NCBI GenBank assembly: GCA_003344405.1
Contig: NOWV01000013.1
Span: forward strand, 990,799-1,010,798
Source of the DNA: Trichoplax sp. H2
Lineage: Eukaryota
Reading direction: 5' to 3'
DNA length: 20,000 nucleotides
The notes beneath the pieces are model-generated. The model saw nothing but the letters and a program-made list of their open reading frames with translations, was not told where the DNA came from and did no database searches. The position numbers and the translations under genes were made by a program. Positions 11,386 to 20,000 of this stretch are shown here, one piece after another; within the stretch, counting starts at the first letter, position 1, and every line of letters starts with the position of its first letter.

Positions 11386-12069
11386 ATGGATCAGTCCTTC
11401 CGAAGCACGGACGGACTACCTCAAAGAAAGTAAGAGAACAAACAGGGTCCGTCTTCGTTGAATCCCAAATTTTGTGGAGACCAACTATTTTTATTGATCA
11501 TCTCAAGTGAACAGTATGTCTGAAATGATCACTATATACTGCCCAGTGTCCACCATGGTCATGTAAAATAATTAGCTGCTTGCTTTCAGTGGTAGTACAC
11601 AGTATAGTAGAATGAGCAGGAAAATAAATGATCAAGCCCCTCTCTATTTGGAAGTGCATACTATTGATCGTCCCTCTCTCTCTTTCTAGTAGTGTAGTGA
11701 TGGTAGAACTCTACTGTAGAACTATAGAGATATCCAAAAAAAATAAAATACTGTATGAGTAGAACCCAATCGGCCACTGCTCTTCATACAGTGCTTCGCT
11801 TATTTGTTTACTTTACTGAGTCCAATACAGTACAGTGTTTCACTCATCAGTTTAGGGAATGTGGGTGTACCAAGACTCAGTATCGAAGAGAATTTGTATT
11901 CCAAAAGATATATAGATTCGAGGACAGATGAAGCTTTGAATTACAATACACTAGATCAGTCTAGATGTAGTCTTCTCTTTTTGGTTAAGCAGTTCTGTGA
12001 AATAAGAACTTAGAAAAGTCATAAACGCCATTCTCACTTTATCGTTACTAGGCTTTCCTCAATGCATAA
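11386..12069 (+). CDS. Candidate small orphan protein gene (~64-68 aa) divergent from BLOC1S1
   Basis: ACAAT-ATG-G at 11386 is followed by a GTAAGA donor at 11430 and a phase-compatible CAG acceptor at 11850 leading into ORF 11804-12013. An optional 68-nt intron (11984-12051) gives a stop at 12069. No homology recognised. Confidence 0.25.
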
Positions 12070-12689
12070 GTACCCCTTTGTTTCCTGCATCTAGTAGTTT
12101 TGATAAGAAAGTGAGGGACATCTTTTATCTTCATTTACATATTCTATAAGGTGCCGCAAATTATAAATTACATTTGTTCTACTCGTATAAGTGATCCACT
12201 ACAACACCATGGATTACTAAATCATCCACTAAATCATCCATTGATTTAGTATAGTGCGTAATCGTGCACTGATCCCTTATCAATAATGTATTACTAGTAA
12301 TCCCTGATACCTACTAGGTAACTCACTCTAAATAATTTATTGGTACATTATTTATACAGTATACATTTCTATTTACGACTACACTGGAGATCTGGAAATG
12401 GAATGTAAAATGTTTAATCCAAATAATCAAGAAAAAAAAAAGAATAATAAAAATAAAAATTGTTGCACTGTCCAATTTTCAAACATTAAATGCATCATGC
12501 AATTTAAATTGTACAAGGAGCTATAAACAGTCATCGTATATGTAGCCAAATTTGAGCTACACAAATCGTCATAAGAGGCAGTTGCTTCAGGGACTGCTTG
12601 TAAAAACAAGATCTCAACGAATCAGTAAATTTCGTCCAGAATAAATAATTAATTCGTTTATTTATTTTTTTTCTACATAGACAATATAC

Positions 12690-13315
12690 GTACTGTACTG
12701 TACATTACAGCATGTTATACAGTACTATATGAAACATGTTGATTTCTTGTTATGATGCTACTGATTACAGTACTTCACTTGTCGAGTACAGTGTATAGTA
12801 CGGTACACTGTAGCAGAAATGGACTGTACTGTACCGTACCGTAGTCTACAGTGTATAGTACTGTACACTGTACCACAAAGGCATTGCCCATACAGTACTG
12901 TACTGTATTGTACAGTACAGTACAGTACAGTACAGTACACTAGAGTACAGTACCATACCGTTGTCTACAGTGCGCAGTACTGTACACTGTACCACAAATA
13001 GCGTTGTTGATTCCCTAGTATACTGTAGTATAATGTTGAATGTTATGGCAAAATTGTTGAACATAAATAACTTAATGTTAAAAATCTCGATAAAGCTTCT
13101 AATTAATTATTTGAAAACTATTCATACAGTACTGTACAGTACTGTAGCAGGATTAGAATGCACCAAAACGATCACCACAGTCTTCAGTGTTCACTAGGCT
13201 CGCCTTGAGTATGGTACTGTACTGTACACTGTACTGTACTCGATCACTTAGTGGACCGTAATCAAATGACACGAACGAGGCCATCGGTGGACAGTCATTG
13301 TACGGTACTGTACCG
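12690..13315. repeat. (TACAG/CTGTA)n pentamer microsatellite and palindromic TACAGTACTGTA cluster
   Basis: A pure (TACAG)n run lies at about 12911-12938. Many TACAGTACTGTA, CTGTACAG and GTACTGTAC units occur in both orientations. Confidence 0.9.
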
Positions 13316-13379
13316 TAAAATAAATATGCACCAGTAAGTTTTGCGACAACCAAGATTTTTTTCCATGACAAAAGAAAAA

Positions 13380-13623
13380 CATTTGTAAAGACTTTTGGAC
13401 AAGCGATTTCTAAATTAACTACTATCAAATCAAGAAAAAGTGCAGACCACTGTGAGATATTGTAAGATGGCTATGGAAACGCATGTAGGATCCAATCCAT
13501 CCATTTATAAAGACTTTTGGACAAGCGATTTCTAAATTAACTACTATCAAATCAAGAAAAAGTGCAGACCACTGTGAGATATTGTAAGATGGCTATGGAA
13601 ACGCATGTAGGATCCAATCCATC
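13380..13623 (+). repeat. 122-bp tandem duplication spanning the RETREG 5' leader and first codons
   Basis: 13380-13501 and 13502-13623 are identical except for one G/A difference (catttGtaaag vs catttAtaaag). ATGGCTATGGAAACG occurs at both 13467 and 13589. Confidence 0.97.
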
Positions 13624-16600
13624 ATTACCCACCGATGATGAAAACGATCTTCAAGAAGCAGTAGAAGAGGAATGGATACGCTTGTCCAAGTATCTCCATC
13701 AATTTCAGCCTGAAATACAATACTTGCAAGACGTATTGACATGGAAAAATGCTCGCCATTCCATGGCTGTATTTCTCATCATTAACAGTGTTTTCCTATG
13801 GTAAATGCATGCTGTAATAGTAAATCCATTGATATGGACTCGTTGATATGTAGTGCTATTGCTTGATAGCATCAGGCTAGTTTACTCTATTGGATGTATT
13901 CTAAGCTACAAATTGATACGCCACGGATTCATGGCTTGTTTTGTTTAATCATTTTTATTTATCCTATGCCTATTGACTATTCCTGTTAGGTACAGTAATA
14001 CTATAGGACAACGAATTTTGATTATATCACTAACGACGACATCGCTTTCCCTTTCTTTGCCACAAATTGAACAGAAAATGACTAACCGAATGAATTTAGG
14101 TAGGATTGAATACAGGACGATGAAAGTTTTACACACCCTTGATAATTAGAATTTCTTACTTGTCTGTGCGGTTATGATATTGTAACTTACAATTTGAAAG
14201 AACATGAACAAGACTAAAGTACTTCTCAAGTGATGAGTGATACCATTACTTTATATGTATATTTATATATGCATAGATACTAGTTGTTTAATGAATTTTA
14301 CAGTATCGTCATGTATTAAAGCGAGCAGAAGATGCAATAATGTTACAAATAGCATTTTGTGATTCAAGATGCGATAGTTTGTTAGGAGTGTTAGCGTTTT
14401 CCACTGTGTTGACATTTACTGTCAACTGTACTACTCACAAAGTAGAAGTGTAGTTAAGTAGAATTCTGCAATGTCAGTGAGGTGGAATGAAACCCTTTTA
14501 ATTCACTGCTACACTCGTGCAAGAATAGTCCGTATAGAAAATGTTAATCACACCTTTTTCCTCCTTCCTAGGATGGAAAGAATTCTACAATCAGGTTTTA
14601 TCTCGGTAAGTTGTAATCTAAAAAATGCCTTACTTTTGTTGTGCTTTTTGCGTGTTCGTAACCAGAAATATTGTACAGATAACTAAATTATTCTGTTGAA
14701 CTGGGTGTTTATTTAATCTTGATGAATACATTATCTCTGATTACGTCACTCATCATAAGGCAATTTTAATCGTTGAACTTATCGAATGGCCGTCAAATAG
14801 AATTACTTTCTACAAATACTTATTTTTATTTACGTGTTAAAACTTCATCTCTTTAATCCTCGCAAATAATGCGTTCTAAAGAATGCCTTAAATAGAGCAT
14901 ATTTTTAATTACCAAAGATAACATTGTTAGTCCAGGATATTGTCGGTATTACACCCCATCTGAATGCCGGTTTTATTAAGATTGATACAATTGAACATTA
15001 ATGTGTCGTTGACTAATGCAAGGGTAGATCGTGATCTCGCTAATGAATCATTTCAGATTTCATTTACTATAGCAATTTGAATCTCTAAAAGTGATAGAAT
15101 CGGAAGTATCCCGACATCACCACATTTGAGTATTGTACAGTACTGTGCTATGCACACAAACGATTAAAATGTCCTTATATTAACTACCCGATAATTACTA
15201 GAGGTATTGAAATGTTGTCGCCTGCATATAAGAATAATTGAGTAGAACTTTTAGTCATTAAAAATTAATTTCTTTGTTCTGAATTTAATGCGTATTTCTT
15301 ATCCTGTAGACTTGAGACCGAAGAGCAGTTATTTAACATCGACAAAGTTAGTCAACTATCAATTCGTTACAAGGAAATTGTAGTTGCCTATGTCCGATCC
15401 AGAAATGTTCAACCATTACAGGTATTGTTACTACGTATAGGTATTTGAGCTTATGTAAACATGATGTTGTAGTGGAAACGTTAACTTATAGAAAAAACAA
15501 TATCCTGCTAATCATTCTATCTGATTGCCTTTTTGTCTCTTTCCTACCTAGTTTTGGAGTATCCTGATAGCCTCTACCTGCACGGTATACGCTTTACTTT
15601 ATCATATTACGAGAAAACTACTATTAGGCTATGTGCTTAGTAAGTTTTTCATACCAAGTTGAAACAATGCAATTGGAGACCGAAATTAAAGCATTGATTT
15701 ATTATTTTCTTTTGCTATGGCAGGTATAACACTATTTTTTACACCATATATCATCCACCATCAAGTATTGAAACGACTAGTTGATTTCTTACCTAAATTC
15801 ATAGATAGATATAGTAAGTTCTCAGGCCATCATGACAATCACATTTAATTTACTTAATTATAATAGCTTAGTAATTGCTTGTTCCTGGTTAACAATTTAG
15901 GCAAGCCTGACGCTAGTCAAGATGGTGATACGTCAATCTTTGCGGTAGATTCGAGTGCACTGTGCAAAGAAACAGATGATCAGGTTATGGCCAGTAGTCT
16001 TGTTTCAATTGGTGACTTTGAACCCTCAGGCCTAAATAGCGTCAATAAAGGTAATAACTGAAATATAGCAATTACCTATGAATCTACTAGAATTGTACTG
16101 AAGTGGCACAATCTTATTTCGGTATATTAATGGTATTATTTATTTCAGAATCTGATATTGAAGCGGAAAACGAAGAGATTTCAAACTCACAAATTGTAGA
16201 CAATCCACCAGTTGCACCCCAACTTTCGCAACAAAGTGATATTGGAAATCCAGATATCGATTCTTTACATGAGTTTTACCCAATTATAGATGCAAACGGC
16301 GATGATTCTAAAAGTGATTTACCTCGCGAAGACAGAGAGAGGCTAACAAAGGAAGCATTAGATCCTGAAACAGATTCATTATTAGATTTCTATCCACCCG
16401 GCTTGGACCGTGTAGATTCTGCCAAAGTGCATAGGCTAGAAACTCATAAAGAAGTTCCCGAAAATAGTCAAGATCATACTGAACAAGGTCAAATGGAAGA
16501 AAGTGACCACACTTCTGCTAATGATATAAATGATTACGTAATAGTGGAGCCTGTAGACGATCAAGAAATCTGCGATAGTTACCAACCAGCTATATCTCAA

Positions 16601-16876
16601 AATCTTTTTCCAATTACAACTACTGTAACTACAGCACAACCATCTAATGTATCTGTGGAACAGCTAGGCGTACGGGCTCATGAATCCAGTAATTCACCGT
16701 TATTAAATTCATCCTTTTCTACTTTTGAAAATGAGATTAGTAGTGTTTCTACTGCAAATCTTAGTGATATGACTGTATCAAATTATGGTAATAACAGTGA
16801 AAATGGCAGCACTCAAATTAGTACACGTAACGATGAATATGAAATTATTAAACATTCGGAAGTCAGTCAGGAATAA
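13589..16876 (+). CDS. RETREG: Reticulophagy regulator (FAM134/RETREG family ER-phagy receptor), ~507 aa, 8 exons
   Basis: Exons 13589-13800, 13990-14099, 14572-14605, 15310-15421, 15552-15639, 15724-15813, 15901-16050, 16149-16876 total 1524 nt in phase. The N-terminal half has a reticulon-homology-like layout (LQDVLTWKNARHSMAVFLIINSVFLW; QPLQFWSILIAST...YVLSITLFFTP). It is followed by a long acidic, low-complexity tail ending in NDEYEIIKHSEV, which resembles the FAM134 LIR DDFELLDQSEL. The paralogue number cannot be assigned. Confidence 0.82.
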
Positions 16877-17362
16877 TGTCTTGGGAGAGTTGGTTATAAG
16901 AAAGGTTACAGTAACCGTTACAAGAGGAATACTTTTAATATACTATCTTAATGCACGCGTTTATGTATATGTGCCACTGATGCATATTTTTAAAACCACT
17001 ATTATGTAATCCATGATACATTTATTATATTATTGATTGAGCATACTGTAGCTATAAAGATACTAATGCCCATTTTACATTGCAATTTATCATTTATGGC
17101 TTTGGCTTCCTAAAACGAATTATACTCATTATGGTACCGTGATCGTGAAATGTTTTTCATAAAGGTCCGGATGATTTCTACTCTGAAGCTACTTTATACG
17201 CGAAGTGATTTTGCTTAGATCATGTATGATATCAAAATTTGTAAATATGGTATAAATTCTCGGTCATTATTACTAGCAAACCCTAAAAACCTATATGGTG
17301 AATATAGCGTTTCTTAAACTGAATTGCCAAACCGAATGTAGCGCTGAAACTACTGTATTGCA

Positions 17363-17373
17363 AATAAAATAAA
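17363..17373 (+). terminator. Candidate polyadenylation signal for RETREG (overlapping AATAAA x2)
   Basis: AATAAAATAAA lies about 490 nt after the stop and before the convergent RPL37A 3' end. Confidence 0.45.
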
Positions 17374-17589
17374 TTTCATCATTGATGAACTTCATAGATT
17401 TACTACGTAGCTGATACTATCGTAATGATGGTGAGGTAAATACACTGGTATACATCGTTCCTACACATACAAAATGATACAATGCATATTAAAAGTCTAT
17501 CTAAAAGCTCCGTAGTAAAAGGAGAGGGTTAACAAGTCAATGAGAGATCAAAAAATTTCATTAATTTAAAGTCTTTTCGTAATTATTTC

Positions 17590-17595
17590 TTTATT
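17590..17595 (-). terminator. Candidate polyadenylation signal for RPL37A
   Basis: AATAAA on the minus strand about 60 nt downstream of the RPL37A stop, consistent with the short 3' UTRs of ribosomal protein genes. Confidence 0.6.
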
Positions 17596-17656
17596 AGTGT
17601 CTTGCAGTCATATATTCAAAAGCAAACAAATGTTTCCTGTTCGAAAAGGTATTGCT

Positions 17657-19439
17657 CTAGATTTCTTGTAATCCTCGAAGACGACGAATGGTACTTCTTG
17701 CTGTTACAGCGGCAACGGTGCTACATTCAAGAAAGGAACAACTTTTAGAGAATATTTCTAAGCACACTTTTACTGCCTTGATATCACGTAGTAACCCAAA
17801 AAGAAATTTAAAAAGATACAACAATTTACAGTATAGTTCCTACCTTGGTACGTATGCACCACCAGCAACAGACTTATTACACTTTCGGCAATTCCAAATG
17901 CCAACATTACTTCGTGCTAATACGCACTATAAGTATGAGATACATTTGTATTACAAACAGCCAAATATAATGTATTCAATATATATTGGTCAAATGTAAT
18001 ATCACTAGGTGTAAAAAGTTGAGTTCATTAATTAAATAATCAAAGTTATGAAGCTTACCTTTCCACAAAAACTGCATGGATAGCGCTTATGTTGAGAAAT
18101 TTCAATTTTCTTTATCATTTTTCTTAATGAAGCACCGTAACGTGTGCCGTACTTTCCTACAACACCAACTTTTCGTGTACGCTTGGCCTATAGGAATTAC
18201 ACAAACATGTAACCATAAAAGAATAGGTTAATGTCTGTCTAACATACAGCACAGCATAGTACACATCCACACACATATCCATTTACGTAGGGCGCAGTAC
18301 ACTCGATGCACTCATTCTCAGCTTTAAATAACGCAAAGTTCTTGACAACGATTATCGTAACTATGGCCATCTAAAACTATTGCCAGCGATTATACGCGTA
18401 AACATCAGACATTGATAGTCATCCCTACAGAAGTAATTCGTACAATACTAATACGATTCTAATGTATCTGATGGAATACTGAATACTGTACGGCATAAAG
18501 CAAAAAAATTTGGATAGCTACACTACTGTGGTATACTACAGCATAACTACATAAAGAGTTATCTAAGCTGTAGCAACAGTTACAAAAGCGTTAGTGTGAT
18601 TATTGATTATTATAATTATAAAGTAATTGCCGTCGTCTAGGATTAAAGGGTTAATACTGCCGATATGATGTACAAATACTAATGGCATATATGCACAATA
18701 AAGTTCCTGAATTGACAGAACGATATACGATGAATGATATATGTATGAAGTTATTTCACCTCCAAAGTGTGATCACCAATATTCTAGTTAAAGTAACGGC
18801 AACAAGTAAGAGTCTAACAAGACTAGCATTTATTCCACTTAGGCTAAATCAGGGCGAAAATTTCTATCTACTGCATCAACATATCATGGGCAATATGTGA
18901 AATTGTCCATGATCCACATCACAAAGGATCTTTGATCTCTAGTAATCTTTCTGAAAGTTATATGGGGCATTTAATTATGCTCTAAACTAATCCTACTTCA
19001 TTTTTAAAATCCAATACATATCAGGAAAGGATATAACGTGAAGCTTTCTAGTATTACATCGATTGGAATCCGTATTACGTTCATCGTAGTCTATTCAACC
19101 TTTCTAAGCTCATTTGAATGTTCAGATAAATTGGAAATACATACAGATACATAGTTGATCAGCTTAGTTATAATATATTATCTTCCACGTAGTAAGTAAA
19201 ACTAGTTGGGTTAACACGAAGATAGTACAACCGGCCCGAGAACGGCATTGCAAATGGCGTCCGATAGCCAAGAGCAAAGAAGTCAAATTTTATCAGTCAA
19301 TTTCAATACTACACATTGATAATTTCAAAAAATAATTGCTAACTAAAAGTTTTAACATGTATGGTGCCTATTTTTAAAGGGTAAAATGGCTTCAATGGAT
19401 ACGGATGTCTACGATAGTGATGAGATTGCTACCTACCAT
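17657..19439 (-). CDS. RPL37A: 60S ribosomal protein L37a (eL43), 92 aa, 4 exons
   Basis: ATG-only exon 19439-19437 (CAAA-ATG|GTAGGT), then 18187-18059, 17926-17844 and 17720-17657. The protein [92 protein letters not shown] carries the C4 zinc finger. The position of the ATG exon is inferred. Confidence 0.96.
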
Positions 19440-19473
19440 TTTGACTTGGTTTATCTTACAAAGCCACCACGTT

Positions 19474-19485
19474 GAGAAGGAGGAA
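19474..19485 (-). promoter_or_regulatory. TCT initiator / 5'TOP pyrimidine tract of RPL37A
   Basis: TTCCTCCTTCTC lies about 35 nt upstream of the ATG, the usual position for a ribosomal protein gene TSS. Confidence 0.65.
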
Positions 19486-19542
19486 TTTGGCTTGGTGCGC
19501 TGCCTTTACAACCGACAGTCTCTTCGTTAGCCTAGTGTCATA

Positions 19543-19920
19543 CTACAGTATACTCTACAGTGTATAGCACTGTAGGTAACTACAGTACAGTACTGCAGTC
19601 CATAGTACCATACTGTATAGTACTGTACTGTACAGTACTGTAAGGTTGTGTGTAAAAACTTGGAATACAGTACAGTACGCCAAATTATACGTACTGTAGG
19701 TTGTCAGGCGTGGCGAGTTTGTACATCCGGTGCAGAGCACTTTATTAGAGGCTCTCATAATCTCTAGTACCACCGCAAGGAACGACTATTGATTGATCCG
19801 CATAGATCTGAAACGGTATCAGTTTACGGTACTGTTCACTGTACAGTACAGCAAAGTACTGTGATTGACAGTGAGTTCTATAAATTAGGGTACAGTATCT
19901 GTCTATTTCATACTGTAAGT
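19543..19920. repeat. TACAG/CTGTA pentamer and palindrome cluster upstream of RPL37A
   Basis: Examples are tacagtacagtactgcag (19581), tactgtactgtacagtactgta (19621) and ctgtacagtacag (19839). Confidence 0.8.
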
Positions 19921-20000
19921 CCCTAATATGGTAAACTACTGCATTCCATACTGGCAATTACTGTAAACCTGAGTGGCAGTAGTGATGGCTTGTCACTGAA

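Noticed and set aside
12758..13197. ORFs rich in Y/C/T/V/S
   Set aside because: These are translations of the TACAG/CTGTA microsatellite.
14883..14892. ATGCCTTAAA resembling the U12 snRNA 5' end
   Set aside because: The match ends after 10 nt, with no branch-site-binding GTAAGGA following.
15057..15088. Extra RETREG exon after TTTCAG
   Set aside because: All three frames hit stops within about 30 nt, and exon 14605 splices in phase to 15310.
17688..17999. 103-aa plus-strand ORF, and other short track ORFs (5091-5291, 16436-16639, 3926-4189)
   Set aside because: They are antisense shadows of real exons or chance ORFs with no splice support or recognisable motifs.
18214..18216. Nearer ATG|GT as the RPL37A first exon
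   Set aside because: It would need a ~26-nt intron. ATG 19439 has a better donor, Kozak context and TOP tract.
19555..19957. Minus-strand ORFs upstream of RPL37A
   Set aside because: They are largely products of the same pentamer repeats, with no recognisable protein features.

Overview
AT-rich, intron-dense eukaryotic (animal) genomic DNA. Compact genes and abundant TACAG/CTGTA motifs suggest a placozoan such as Trichoplax (inference). Five spliced protein-coding genes could be assembled by hand with GT-AG introns and consistent phases. They are the 3' part of an SLC38A11-like amino-acid transporter (+), a short class II aldolase/adducin-head protein (-), BLOC1S1 (-), a FAM134/RETREG ER-phagy receptor with a C-terminal LIR (+) and RPL37A (-). 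Non-coding structure includes a 5-copy 91/99-bp tandem array ending in a fold-back, an adjacent degenerate repeat, a near-perfect 122-bp duplication covering the RETREG start codon, and palindromic TACAGTACTGTA clusters upstream of every gene start. The best leads are the uORF-laden leader of the adducin-like gene, the duplication-born uORF of RETREG, duplicated motifs and extra LIR candidates in the RETREG tail, the promoter-associated pentamer palindromes, and a candidate orphan microprotein gene divergent from BLOC1S1. I found no CRISPR array, tRNA, rRNA or transposase. All family calls come from remembered protein sequences, not from database searches.
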